Of a DNA stretch of 64,000 nt, positions 11,915 to 25,800 are shown piece by piece. A program made the translations under genes and the position numbers. The DNA is from Eledone cirrhosa (Eukaryota): the NCBI GenBank assembly GCA_964016885.1, contig OZ024759.1:124001-188000 (forward strand), given 5' to 3'. A model generated the notes under the pieces. It did not search any database, had not been told where the DNA came from, and saw only the letters and a program-made list of their open reading frames with translations. How positions within the stretch are numbered: position 1 is the first letter of the stretch; each line of letters begins with the position of its first letter.

Positions 11915-12180
11915 CTTCTTCTTCTTCTTCTTCTTGAGAGGGTAAAGGAGTTAGAGTCCTCAAACCCCCCATACAGCAGGTCCTCTCGCCAGACCAGCCA
12001 AGCTCATGAATGTTATCCAACCATCTGATTTGGGGTCTACCTCATGGTTCTCTGTCCAGTGATTCTTTCCTGAGATATTCTAACCACATGCCCGTAATAT
12101 CGGAGTTGTGATCTCTCCGGAGAAGTAGCAGCTCTACCTGGAGTGACTCTGATCTACGAGCTACCCACTTTATCAAGTAA
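11915..12180 (-). mobile_element. Degenerate RTE-like 3' fragment with (GAA)n tail
   Basis: Minus strand gives ERSQLRYYGHVVR and GRP..RWLDNIHE across frameshifts; (TTC)n on + strand. Confidence 0.65.
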
Positions 12181-12181
12181 C

Positions 12182-12380
12182 AATTTTTATAAATCTGTCT
12201 TTTTCCTTTGTCTTCTTTCCCCAGATGACCACAAATTTATCCCCAATTTTTATAAATCTGTCTTTCTTTTGTGACCTTTCCCCATATGATGAGCCTAAAT
12301 TCAGCCCAAATTTTTATAAATTTGTCTTTTTCTATCTTCCTTCTTCAGATGATGAGCCAGAATTTGGTCCCAATTTTTAT
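12182..12380 (+). repeat. About 62-65-bp tandem triplication of the intron/exon C boundary
   Basis: AATTTTTATAAAT(C/T)TGTCTTT...CCAGATGA / CCATATGATGAGCC / TCAGATGATGAGCC. Confidence 0.85.
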
Positions 12381-12543
12381 GTTGTCATTGCCGGCTTTTA
12401 TGAATGTAGTTTACCAATTCACCTAGTTGAGATTGATGTCAACATTGATGTCATCCTCAGGTTTACTTCCACCTGTTGTCTCTCCATGCCAATTGAAGGA
12501 ATTAATAAAGACAATTACATTCCTAAAGACTCCAGAATTATTG
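12349..12543 (+). CDS. SPAG17: SPAG17 exon C (phase 1-1)
   Basis: TTCTTCAG|...TTG|GTAAAT; DDEPEFGPNFYVVIAGFY...IDVILRFTS resembles recalled human DDEPDDGAQHYIIVVGFN...ITSVIKISS. Confidence 0.88.
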
Positions 12544-12580
12544 GTAAATATAAACACCAACCAGTCATCTCATATATATG

Positions 12581-13013
12581 CAGTAGAACCTCGCAGTGCC
12601 CCGTTGTACCAGTAATTTGCTGTACGAGGCTCGTGTGAATTGTTGTCTTGTAGTACAAGTGGAAATCCGCAGTATGAGTTTGATAGAAGGGAGCACTAGT
12701 TGGCGCTGAGCTCACACATGCTCTGCCAACAAGTGCCACCTCTGCTCAGTTCACCTGTTTGTCTTGCGGAAGCATCCCTATTATGTTTACTCAGTCTTAT
12801 CTTAGTTTTGTGTGTTTTTTGCTATTATTTTAAAATAATTGCACCTTTTCTGGTTTAAAACCCATAAAATATGATTTTGGATGGTTTTGGAGCTGGAACG
12901 GATTATTTATAATTTAATTTATTTCAATGGAGAAAATTGACTTGTAAAACGAGTAAATCGTAAAATGAGTTCGGTCATGGAACAAATTAAACTTGTTCTG
13001 TGAGGTATCGCTG
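12581..13013. mobile_element. Putative Tigger/pogo-like MITE
   Basis: Imperfect terminal inverted repeats CAGTAGAACCTCG ... TGAGGTATCGCTG in TA-rich flanks; non-coding. Confidence 0.45.
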
Positions 13014-13312
13014 GATATATATATACATACCCATATATATTTTTATATATATACATATACGCACACACATATATATATATAGATACATATGCACACACAC
13101 ACATACATATATATGCTTACACACATAAACATATATATATATATATATATCCTCATCAACCTACAATTTGCCAAGCGTGGTGAGTACAGTTACACTCCTG
13201 ATATGACAACCAGGGAGGAGTTCCTCCAACAGGAGTGAGAGGCCCTTGATTGTATTGGATATACACATGCGCACACATATATATATTTATATAACACATA
13301 CATGCATATATA

Positions 13313-13448
13313 TCTGTGATTCTGTCACAACATGTAAAGAGGGAGTAGTAGTTTGACTACCTCATACTACTGCTCTCTCTTTACATCTGTTGCCTGCGTG
13401 AATGTATGTGTGTGTAAAAAGAAGGAAGGGGGTGGTGACAAAACTATA
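13313..13448. repeat. About 130-bp dispersed repeat with internal hairpin, copy 1
   Basis: Direct copy at 15682-15810; stem ATGTAAAGAGGGAGTAGTA / TACTACTGCTCTCTCTTTACAT. Confidence 0.8.
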
Positions 13449-13778
13449 GCAAAATAGCAGCTGGTGTTCCATTTGTTATGCTGTGTATGTGTGTATGGGA
13501 ATGTGTTTGTGTGAGTGTATGTGTGTGAGTGTATGCATGTGTTTGTGTGTGAATGTATGTGTGTGTGTTTGTGTGAATGTATGTGTGTTTGTCTGAATGT
13601 ATGTGTGTTTGTGTGAGTGTATGTCGCTGTCTGTGAATATATGTGTGTGTTTGTATGAGGTTGTGTGAATGTATGTGCGTCTGTGTTTGCTCATTTATAT
13701 TTATATACTCATACATATACATACACACATATACGTGTCAGCGTGATGAAAACAATGCTAGTATATTATAATTTACAG

Positions 13779-13942
13779 CCCAAGAAGAAGCTGCTGCTGC
13801 CGAGACAGAACGTTTAAAGAAAAGTCTGGACTACTTCTGGAAGTGGATGGTGCATTATCTCGAGGAACAGTCAGTTACATCTTCGGCTCGACATATATAT
13901 GTCACTGATTTTCTTGATGACAAGGACAGCTCCGTTGATGAT
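13779..13942 (+). CDS. SPAG17: SPAG17 exon D (phase 1-0)
   Basis: ATTTACAG|...GAT|GTAAGG; AQEEAAAAETERLKKSLDYFWKWMVHYLE resembles recalled human KELKTFWKYLEPVL. Confidence 0.85.
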
Positions 13943-14013
13943 GTAAGGCCTGTGACCATCTTTTATATAATTATCTTTCCCTTGGTTTCATCTAAAAACA
14001 AAATTTGTTTTCG

Positions 14014-15651
14014 CTCCAACATGGTGGATATCTAAATGTATTGGCTCCAACATGGTGGATATCTAAATATATTCACTCCAACATGGTGGATATCTAAATG
14101 TATTGTCTCCAACATGGTGGATATCTAAATGTATTCACTCCAACATGGTGGATATCTAAATGTATTGGCTCCAACATGGTGGATATCTAAATATATTCAC
14201 TCCAACATGGTGGATATCTAAATATATTCACTCCAACATGGTGGATATCTAAATGTATTGGCTCCAACATGGTGGATATCTAAATATATTGGCTCCAACA
14301 TGGTGGATATCTAAATGTATTGGCTCCAACATGGTGGATATCTAAATGTATTGTCTCCAACATGGTGGATATCTAAATGTATTGGCTCCAACATGGTGGA
14401 TATCTAAATGTATTGGCTCCAACATGGTGGATATCTAAATATATTGGCTCCAACATGGTGGATATCTAAATGTATTGTCTCCAACATGGTGGATATCTAA
14501 ATGTATTGGCTCCAACATGGTGGATATCTAAATATATTGGCTCCAACATGGTGGATATCTAAATGTATTGGCTCCAACATGGTGGATATCTAAATATATT
14601 CACTCCAACATGGTGGATATCTAAATGTATTGGCTCCAACATGGTGGATATCTAAATGTATTGTCTCCAACATGGTGGATATCTAAATGTATTGGCTCCA
14701 ACATGGTGGATATCTAAATGTATTGGCTCCAACATGGTGGATATCTAAATATATTCACTCCAACATGGTGGATATCTAAATATATTCACTCCAACATGGT
14801 GGATATCTAAATGTATTGGCTCCAACATGGTGGATATCTAAATGTATTGTCTCCAACATGGTGGATATCTAAATGTATTGGCTCCAACATGGTGGATATC
14901 TAAATGTATTGTCTCCAACATGGTGGATATCTAAATGTATTCACTCCAACATGGTGGATATCTAAATATATTGTCTCCAACATGGTGGATATCTAAATGT
15001 ATTGGCTCCAACATGGTGGATATCTAAATGTATTTGCTCCAACATGGTGGATATCTAAATGTATTGTCTCCAACATGGTGGATATCTAAATGTATTGTCT
15101 CCAACATGGTGGATATCTAAATATATTGTCTCCAACATGGTGGATATCTAAATGTATTTGCTCCAACATGGTGGATATCTAAATGTATTGTCTCCAACAT
15201 GGTGGATATCTAAATGTATTGTCTCCAACATGGTGGATATCTAAATGTATTTGCTCCAACATGGTGGATATCTAAATGTATTTGCTCCAACATGGTGGAT
15301 ATCTAAATGTATTGTCTCCAACATGGTGGATATCTAAATGTATTGGCTCCAACACGGATATCTAAATATATTCACTCCAACATGGTGGATATCTAAATAT
15401 ATTGGCTCCAACATGGTGGATATCTAAATATATTCACTCCAACATGGTGGATATCTAAATGTATTGGCTCCAACATGGTGGATATCTAAATATATTCACT
15501 CCAACATGGTGGATATTTAAATATATTCACTCCAACATGGTGGATATCTAAATATATTGTCTCCAACATGGTGGATATCTAAATATATTCACTCCAACAT
15601 GGTGGATATTTAAATATATTCACTCCAACATGGTGGATATCTAAATATATT
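14014..15651. repeat. 31-bp minisatellite (about 53 copies)
   Basis: Unit CTCCAACATGGTGGATATCTAAATGTATTGG with end variants TTCA/TTGT/TTTG. Confidence 0.97.
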
Positions 15652-15681
15652 CGTGAGTGAATAATAATCTCTATATAAATT

Positions 15682-15810
15682 TCTGTGATTCTGTCACAAC
15701 ATGTAAAGAGAGAGGAGTAGTTTACCTCATACTACTCCCCTCTCTTTAAGTCTGCTGCCTGCGTGAATGTATGTGTGTAAAAAGAAGGAAGGGGGTGGTG
15801 AAAAGACTAT
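15682..15810. repeat. About 130-bp dispersed hairpin repeat, copy 2
   Basis: Aligns with 13313-13448. Confidence 0.8.
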
Positions 15811-16644
15811 GCTGTGAGTGTATGTGTGTGTTTTCTAGACTACCATGTCATACTTTTGTTCCAGCGGTAGCTGAGAGAAAACAGTTGACAATTGTTTCGG
15901 AGTTGTTGCTCCTTCTCAAGATTATGTATTCTCATTGCTGCCTCTCACTGGAACTGTTGAGAAGGCAAAGTATTCACAAATGTATACATCAGCTGATTAA
16001 CCTAATTTACATACTGAGGGATTTTATGGCCAGCTCTCTCAGGAACAAAATGATGAGGCTGGTCTTCTAGAAAACACACATGGTGTTAATGAGGCTGTTT
16101 GCTTGTAAACAAACTGAATATGAATAATAATATAACATTATTATTATATATAATATAATATTATTATTCACTCACGAATACATTTTGATTTATCTCCCAT
16201 GGTTATTCATTTGTTTGTTTCTTTATTTATGTATATATTTATTTATTTTAATCCAGATTTATCTCCTCCTGTTAATGGTCTCAGTCCTTAGCCAGTGGTC
16301 AAGTAGGATCTCCACCATTATTTCGTCCAGTGGTTCCCAAATGCTGGAAAAGAGAAAGACAAACAAGATTTAGTTTTAGAATGTGAAAAATACAAAATTG
16401 AATTTCCTAAAAAGTTCCTATATACCGTTTAAGACGAGGAATATGTACCGAAAATAAATTGTTTGTAGAAGGGTGGGCTTATATCCGGGGCCAATATTTT
16501 GACGATTTTTATCACCTTCAAATAAGTTGCTAAAATATCTCGAGTGATCACTTAACAATAAAACACTGTTTTACCCTCAGACACTAAATGCCAGTTGTTA
16601 GAACATCAGAATGGTGGTATTTCTTTCGGCTCTCTGCTCTCTGA

Positions 16645-16725
16645 ATTAAAATCCTGCTGGGGTCAACTTTGTCTTTCATCCATTCGAGGTCGATAAAAAA
16701 ATGAACCAGACTAGTATTGGGGTCA
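16645..16725 (+). mobile_element. Diverged SINE fragment
   Basis: GGTCAACTTTGTCTTTCATCCATTCGAGGTCGATAAAA matches the SINE core in + orientation. Confidence 0.6.
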
Positions 16726-16941
16726 ATTTTTTAAATATCTTTTTCTCACTTTCTATACTTCTCTGGAAAAGACCGCTGTATTTAGACCTGGTGATGGGCT
16801 CCACAAGGTTTAAAGAAATGCCCTAGAAATACTGTATGTTGATACAGTGACCTTATCACTCCATCACCAGTTACTGGACTATGCCTGCATTCCTACTTAA
16901 TGCTATACTAATAATTATAATAATAATATATATTAAATAAT

Positions 16942-17128
16942 TGTTTCTACTTTTGGCACAAGGCCAGCAATTACACAGTACATTACTGGTACTTTATTTT
17001 ATCGACCCCGTAAGGATGAAAGGCAAAGTTAACCTCGGCGGGATTTGAACTCAGATCATAAAGGGACATAACTCTATGCTTCAAAGCATGGTGTCCGACT
17101 CTCTACCGATACTGCCAATCCACCGCCC
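16942..17128 (-). mobile_element. Full-length tRNA-derived SINE with 18-bp target-site duplication
   Basis: Same family as 3344; TAATATATATTAAATAAT at 16924-16941 and 17129-17146. Confidence 0.9.
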
Positions 17129-17543
17129 TAATATATATTAAATAATGGTAGTTAAGACGGGATTAAATCACCATAATTGTTTATTGCATTATATATATTT
17201 CTGTTACATGGTTATTCCTGTGACTTCATCAGATGTGCAATCATAGGTGCAGTTATACAATCACTGTGATATGCCACTGGCCATGCATGTCCATCCAATA
17301 ATGAAATGGTTTGGCATCTTATATATATATACCTCTTTTGAATACATTTTCGTATTTAGGTATAAAGTGTGCCAAAACATTTTCTATTTTTACATTGATA
17401 TAATCTGTAGAGTGACATATTTGACTTAGCTTACCACCTTGTCAGCCAAGTAGACTGTGGCTTGTAAATCAGGTTCTAGGTGTCTTCATCTACCTCAGTC
17501 TCACACCTCTTCACAACGTAACTCCTTTATTTACCATTTTTAG

Positions 17544-17700
17544 GTTTCCTTGAGTTCCAAACTGTTTGAGAAGTTTGCCTTAGCCCTTTATGGAATTGTT
17601 AAAAAACAACGAATGTACCGCAGTTTCCTGAAGAACACCAGAATCATCTCAGTTCCTTCCCTCCAAGCTCCATTTCTTAAAATAAACACCCCTTCTACCT
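17544..17700 (+). CDS. SPAG17: SPAG17 exon E (phase 0-1)
   Basis: TTTTTAG|...T|GTAAGT; LFEKFALALYGIVKKQRMYRSFLKNTRIISVP resembles recalled human [32 protein letters not shown]. Confidence 0.88.
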
Positions 17701-17962
17701 GTAAGTATCTACTACACACCCTCACTTCCTCTTAGGTGACTTTCAATTGTATTTTTTGTTAGACACTGATTTAAAAATAATTTTGATAATAATCAAGAAT
17801 TTGGAGGGATTTAATAATATAACTTTCTTATCATTAAGCTGGTGTTTGGAACATAACTTAACAATAGTACTATAAATTTATGATGGAAAGTGTTTATATA
17901 AATGTAAATATTTAACCCTTTCATTACCATATTTCTAATGAAAGACACTGTCTATGTCATTA

Positions 17963-20900
17963 ACACACACACACACCACACCACAGTACACTACACTACA
18001 CCACACACCACACCACACCACACCACACCACACCACACCACACCACACCACACCACACCACACCACACCACACCACACCCCACACCACACCACAGTACAC
18101 TACACTACACCACACACCACACCACACCAGACCACACCACACCACACACCACACACCACACCACAGTACACTACACAACACCACACACCACACAAACACA
18201 CACACCACACAACAGTACACTACACTACACCACACACCACACCACACCACACCACACCACACAACACACACCACACACCACACACCACACACACACACCA
18301 CACCACAGTACACTACACTACATCACACCACACACCACACCACACCACACCACAACACACACCACACACCACACACCACACACCACACACACACACCACA
18401 CCACAGTACACTACACTACACCACACACCACACCACACCACACCACACACCACACACCACACACCACACACCACACACCACACCACACCACACCACACAC
18501 CATAACACACACCATACCACACCACACCACACCACACCACACCACACCACACCACACCACACCACACCACACCACACCACACCACACCACACCACACCAC
18601 ACCACACCACACCACACCACACCACACCACACCACACCACACCACACCACACCACACCACACACCACAACACGCACCGCACACCACACCACACCACACCA
18701 CACCACACCACACCACACCACACCACACCACACCACACCACACCACACCACACCACACACCACACCACACCACACCACATCACACCACCCAACACCACAC
18801 CACACCACACCACACCACCACACACCACACACCCCACCACACCGCACCGCACTAAACCACACCACACCACACCACACACCCCACTACACCACACCACACC
18901 ACACCGCACCACACCGCACCGCACCACACCGCACTGCACTGCAGCGCACCGCACCGCAGCGCACCGCACCACACAGCACCGTACACCATACACCATACAC
19001 CACAAACCGCACCACACCGCACCGCACCACACCACACCGCACACAACACACACCACACCACACACCACACCACACACCACACACCACACACCACACACCA
19101 CATCACACACCACACACCGCACCGCACCGCACCACACCACACCACACCATACCACATCACACACCACACCACACCACACCACACTGCACCACACACCACA
19201 CTACACCATACACCACACACAACATCACACCACACCGCACCGCACCGCACCACCATACACCACATCACACCACACCACACTGCACCACACACCACACACC
19301 ACACTACACCATACACCACACATCACACCACACCGCACCGCACCACACTACACCATACACCACATCACACCACACCACACCACACCACATCACACCACAC
19401 CAGACCGCACCGCACCGCACCGCACCACACCACACCACACCACGCCACACTACACCATACACCACACCACACCGCACCGCACCGCACCACACCACACCAC
19501 GCCACACTACACCATACACCACACCACACCGCACTACACTGCACCGCACCACACCACACCACACTACACCATACACCACACCACACACCACACACACACA
19601 CCACACCACTCCGCACACAACACACACCACACCACACCACTGCACCACACCACACACCACACCACACACCACACCACATCACACCACACCACACCATACC
19701 ACATCACACACCACACCATACCACACCCACCACACACCACACCACACCACACCACACTGCACCACACACCACACACCACACTACACCATACACCACACAC
19801 CACACACCACATCACACCACACCGCACCGCACCGCACCACACTACACCATACACCACATCACACCACACCACACCACACCACACCACACCACACTACACC
19901 ATACACCACACCACACCGCACCACACTACACCATACACCACACCCGACCGCACCGCACCACACCACACCACGCCACACTACACCATACACCACACCACAC
20001 CGCACCACACTGCACCGCACCACATCACACCACACTACACCATTCACCACACCACATCACACCACACCGCACCACACCACACCACACCACACCACACTAC
20101 ACCACACACCACACCACACACCACACAGCACACCACACCACACACCACACAACACCACACACCACACACCACACCACACACCACATACCACAACACACAC
20201 ACCACAACACACACCACACCACATCACACACCACACCACACACCACAACACACCACACACCACACCACACACCACACCACACCACACACTGCACCACACA
20301 CACCACACCACATCACACACCACACCACACACCACAACACACCACACACTGCACCATACACCACACCACACACCACACCACACCACACCACATCACACAC
20401 CACACCACACACCACACACCACACCACAACACACACCACACCACTGCACCACACCACACACCACACCACACCACACCACACCATACCCCATCACACACCA
20501 CACACCACACCACATCACACACCACACACACACACCACACCACTCCGCACACAACACACACCACACCACACCACTGCACCACACCACACACCACACCACA
20601 TCACACCACACCACACCACACCACACCATACCCCATCACACACCACACACCACACCACATCACACACCACACCACACACCACACACACACACCACACCAC
20701 TCCGCACACACACCACACCACACCACACCACACCACACACCACACATCACACCACACCACACCACTGCACCACACCACACACCACACCACATCACACCAC
20801 ACCACACCACACCATACCCCATCACACACCACACACCACACCACATCACACACCACACCACACACCACACACACACACCACACCACACCACACCACACCA

Positions 20901-21350
20901 CACCACACCACACCACACACCACACATCACACCACACCATACCACATCACACACCACACACTACACCACACCACACCACACCACACCACACCACACCACA
21001 CCACACCACACCCACCACACACCACACCACACCACACCACACCACACCACACCACACCCACCACACACCACACCACACCACACCACACCACACCACACCA
21101 CACCACACCACACCACACCACACCACACACCACACATCACACCACACCATACCACATCACACACCACACACTACACCACACCACACCACACCACACCACA
21201 CCACACCACACCACACCACACCCACCACACACCACACCACACCACACCACACCACACCACACCCACCACACACCACACCACACCACACCACACCACACCA
21301 CACCACACACCACACACCACGCCACGCACCGCACCGCACGGCACCCAGCC
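17963..21350. repeat. (CACCA)n / (CACACCA)n degenerate microsatellite, about 3.4 kb
   Basis: Direct inspection; source of all HHTTP and VVWCG pseudo-ORFs. Confidence 0.97.
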
Positions 21351-21354
21351 GCCC

Positions 21355-21450
21355 CGCCCCACCGAGGTCAACTTTGCCTTTCATCCTTACGGGGTTGATA
21401 AAATAAAGTACCAGTAATAGACTGGAGTAATTGCTGACAAAAGTAGAAAC
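21355..21450 (+). mobile_element. SINE 3' half, + orientation
   Basis: CCGAGGTCAACTTTGCCTTTCATCCTTACGGGGTTGATAAAATAAAGTACCAGTAAT...AAAAGTAGAAAC. Confidence 0.8.
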
Positions 21451-21472
21451 CTTACTATTATATTTCCTGTAG

Positions 21473-21624
21473 ATTTGTCGATAACACCCTACACCGTCCA
21501 GTCTCCTCCAGTTTATGAACGTGTTCGGGACTGTTTGGATACCCGTTATTATGATGATTTGATGGACACAATACCTATGGAATGTGTCACCATTCCTCTC
21601 ATATTACACTCCATGATTGAACAG
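21473..21624 (+). CDS. SPAG17: SPAG17 exon F (phase 1-0)
   Basis: TTCCTGTAG|...CAG|GTAGGT; LDTRYYDDLMDTIPMECVTIPLILHSMIEQ resembles recalled human [31 protein letters not shown]. Confidence 0.92.
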
Positions 21625-21832
21625 GTAGGTGGCTATTATTGTATTTTTTGTTGTTATGGCTTACCCCTGATCTGGTTTAACCCTTTAGCATTTAAACCGG
21701 CCATATCCAGCCAGAATTCTCTCACCTCTTTCTGTTCAAACCGGCTGTAACTGGCCACTCATACTGATGTTCAGGTATTGTTCTCAAAATAAATAATATT
21801 AAAATCTCATAGATTTGATATTATGTGAAATA

Positions 21833-22299
21833 TGTTACACCTCTCTAAGACAATGTCAATGAACCGAGATCTTTGGCGCCACGCAGTAATACAGAAGACA
21901 CGCCTTGCCTATGTACAAAGCGAAACCTATAGTCAGTAGGTACTTCTTAACCAAATATACACCCCATCCCACTAACCCCCATCAACACCACCCCTTTCTC
22001 TGTAAAGTTATGTTGGTACCACAACATCCAGTCCTAAATAAATGAGGTCGTGTAGGTGTCACGACAAAAAAAAACACAGTCCATACTGTAATGTGGCCAT
22101 GTAGGTAACACAGTAAAACCTCCCAGTCGACACTGTAAACGTGGTTGGTGTTAGGAAGGGCATCTAGCCATAGAAAACCTGCCAGACAGTCCTATACGAG
22201 CGAGACATGGTCACCCAACTAATCTTGCCTCAAGTGGGACAATTCCCGTCTAACCCATACTAGCGTGGAAGATAGACATTAAACATGATGATGATGATG
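21833..22299 (+). mobile_element. 5'-truncated RTE copy (ORF end + 3' UTR) with probable 13-bp TSD
   Basis: LHLSKTMSMNRDLWRHAVIQKTR matches the 11100-11165 peptide; (GAT)n tail; ATTATGTGA(A/G)ATA at 21820-21832 and 22300-22312. Confidence 0.85.
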
Positions 22300-22612
22300 A
22301 TTATGTGAGATAAAGCCTTTACTGTGAAAATACAGTAGTATATAGAGGAATGTAAATTTTATGTCAGGTAAAGCCTTTACTGTGAAAATACAATAGTAAA
22401 TATAGAGTAATGTAAATGTTATGTGAGGTAAAGACTTTACTGTGAAAATACAATAGTATATATAGAGTAATGTAAATGTTATGTGAGATATTATGTGAGG
22501 TAAAGACTTTACTCTGAAAATACAATAGTATATATAGAGTAATGTAAATGTTATGTGAGATATTATGTGAGGTAAAGCCTTTACTGTGAAAATACAATAG
22601 TAAATATAGAGT
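22300..22612. repeat. 60/72-bp AT-rich minisatellite, left part
   Basis: GTAAAGCCTTTACTGTGAAAATACAATAGTATATATAGAGTAATGTAAATGTTATGTGAG(ATATTATGTGAG). Confidence 0.95.
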
Positions 22613-22849
22613 GATTTCTTTATTTGCCACTAGGGCACAAAAGGTAGGGACAGATACAAGGGGGGAAGTTTACATATAATTAACGAGTACAAAAATATAA
22701 CAATGAAATAACAACAACAAACGAAGTCCTCAATAGGGAGGGGGCATTAACATGGGTCGCACACACCCCGGAAAAAATGTGCAACCCTTCTCCTCAGGAG
22801 CACAAAGAGTAGGTGCTTCCCTCGTCTCCTCTTTTTCCTCTTCTTTCAC

Positions 22850-25800
22850 CTACAGGCTGATATAGAGAGAAGACCCATTCACTCTGGCCATTCTCCCTAC
22901 TTTCACCCACCTTTCATAAAACTTGCTGGGGTAGAGCACCTCTCTCTCCATTCTGATCCTTCTTTTAAAATGGTATTTGAAAAAGGGGACCAGTTGTTGG
23001 CTGGAGAGAAAGGTGTCTGACCTCAGCCCTTTCAGCCTCGTCCACCATACAACTTCTTTAGCCATGGCTATCACACAGAGAAAAACCGCCTCTCCTTCAT
23101 TTTTGAAAGGGGGAGGCGGTTTGATCGTGACAATGGACTCGGTGGTCAACCGGATTGGTCCCACCCTCGACAGTAGTCGTTCCACATAGCCCCACAGGTC
23201 AGCAATGCCTGGGCAGTGTACGAATGCGTGCGCAACGGTTTCGTCGTCATGCACGCATCTCGGACAGATCTTATTCAAAGGATCCCTACCCAGGCTCCCA
23301 TGCCTGTGGAGCTTGTCTCGAACGGGTAGAGCCCCTCGGTAGCACTGCCAAGCCAGGGACTTTTGGAAGTTGTCCATCGGTCCAGGGCCAAACGTCCTAC
23401 CGAACGGACTGGCCAGTTCATCTTCCTCCATGCCTAGAGCTTCTCCGAGAGTATCGTCGCACCTGCTGCGTACCAACCCTCTATAGAATGTCGAGGTGGA
23501 GTCTCCACTGATTGCTGGGTCCGCTTTCCAGAGGGCCGTGAGCGCCTGGGCACATTCAATGTGCCAGTCGCCCACTTTTCTCGGTCTTTGCTTGACCCAG
23601 GATTGCAGCTCGGTGAGCGAGACGAGTCTGGGAAAGGCTCGCCTCACAAACGGGGCCCACACCGGTTGACCGGTGAGGAATACCTGGAGGTGCCGTAGCC
23701 TTAATGGGTGTTTACGCATCTGTAGCCACGGCATCCCCAGCCCTCCTTTCGAAGGGTGTTGACAGCAGATGGATCTCCTCACCAAACGGGTCCGCTTGTT
23801 TCAAAGAAATTGGAACAGCGCGCACTCCATTTTGGCGAGTCTTTTCACTGGGCAAGGCACGACGGTCAAGCGGTAGTAGATGATGGATGCTATATAAGTA
23901 TTCACCACCTCCGCTCGACCTTTCAGGGATAGTTTGCACTGGGCCCACTTCTGGGTGAGTGCAAACACCCTGGCCGTTACCTCGTTCCAGTTTTTCTCCA
24001 CCTGGAGGTCTGGTCCGAACCAGACCCCAAGCAGCTTCACCGGGCCCTCCGTCCAGCGTCCGACGACGTCATTGGAGGGCATCGGTTTGCCTCTCCATGT
24101 TCCGAGTTGCAAACCGACGGACTTGTCCCAGTTCAGCTTGGCTCCTGTAAACCTTTCATATTCCTCCAGTAAGGTGCCGATCTCACCGATTTGCGAGGTT
24201 TTCGACACCATTACTGTCACGTCATCGGCGTAGGCCGATGCCGCTTTCTGCAATCCCGGTTCCAAAGGGATGCCCTGCAACCGCTCCAACTTCCGCAGTA
24301 GTGGCTCAAGAGCCAGCACATACAGAAGGGAGGAGAGAGGGCATCCCTGTCGGATGGATCGCATGATTTGTAACGGCTCCGAGAGGTGGCCGTTCACCTT
24401 GACCCTTGAGCAGACGTTGCTGCTGTGCATCGCAGCAATCCAACCCCTGAAAACGGGTCCGAAGCCTGCCGCCGCGAGCACCGCATCCAGGTAACGATGG
24501 TCAACCCTATCGAAAGCTTTAGATTGATCCAAGTTGATCAGGGCCCCACCAAAGCCGGGTTCATTCCCTACCCTCTCTATGATGTATCGCATAAGGTGGA
24601 GATTGTCGTGAATGGACCTGGACGGGATTGCGCATGTCTGCGCTTCTCCCACCAGGTTTCCGACGACAAGCGCCAACCTCTTCGCTAACACCTTGGCCAA
24701 AACCTTTAACTCTGTATTTAGCAGAGTTATGGGCCTGAAGTTACTTATGTCATCCCCCTTGTTCTCATCCTTCCTCACCAGCGTAACTACGCCCTTGGTC
24801 ACAGAACTGGGAATTCTCCCGTTCTGCTGCCAGTTGCAGTAGATCGCTTCGAGGATATCAGAGAACAAGTCCGGCATCGCTACATATAGCTCGTATGGTA
24901 GACCATCGAGACCCGGGGATTTGCGTTTGCCGCATTGGCTCAGCACCGCCCCTATCTCAGCAGCTGAAATCGTCCTTTCGCAGGACTTCGCCTCCGCGTC
25001 CGAGAGGCGCGGCAGACCGTCGAGGTATGGATTGAAATCCATAGTCTCACCCGGCGCGCCGCCCCTCTCGAACAGTCGTGCAAAGTGCCGCTGAAAGGCC
25101 GCACACATCTGCCCAGGTTCAAGGATCACACGCCCATCCTGGTCCTTCAAAGACCGAATTGTGGACTTGTTCCCACTTTTTGCCTCTGTCACTCGGGCCC
25201 AGCTAACAGCTTTGGCTCCCTCATTACCCAGAGTACGTATTTTACTCCTGACAACGCAGCCTTCATGCTTCACCTCAAAGAACTGGTCTAAGGCCATTCT
25301 TGATGCCAGCACGCCGGCTACATTGCCACTCCTAATCGCCTCTTCTACTCTATCTACTAATTCCCTTTCCGTCTTGTTCCTATCCCTTGCTAATTCCTGA
25401 CTAAAACCTATCGTTTCTATTCTAATTGCTCTCTTAAGAGAGCTCCACCACCTGTTGTTGACAATTGCCCCTGTCAAACTCTGCTTAACTAACGTACTAA
25501 TCCGTTTACTGTAAGCTTTGCTTGTCGGTAAGGACAAGTTCAGCTTCCAGTAACCGGGTCCCTGTCTATGGGTTCTATCAAGGTTGGCTATGCAGGTCAC
25601 TAACTTGTGATCCGAATAGTCAACCATGAACATTTTTGGACAGCTAAATGTGTCCCTATCCTTCTCTCTAACTAGGACCCTATCTAGGTACGACCTAGAT
25701 GTTCCGCTGCGATTGGTCCACGTCCATAGTGGTACAGTCGGAAAATCTAGTCGATATCTATCGGCCAGGTCAAATCGGCCGATTAACCTTTTGAGGCTTT

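Noticed and set aside
17938-21384. Many HHTTP / VVWCG ORFs
   Set aside because: Translations of the (CACCA)n array
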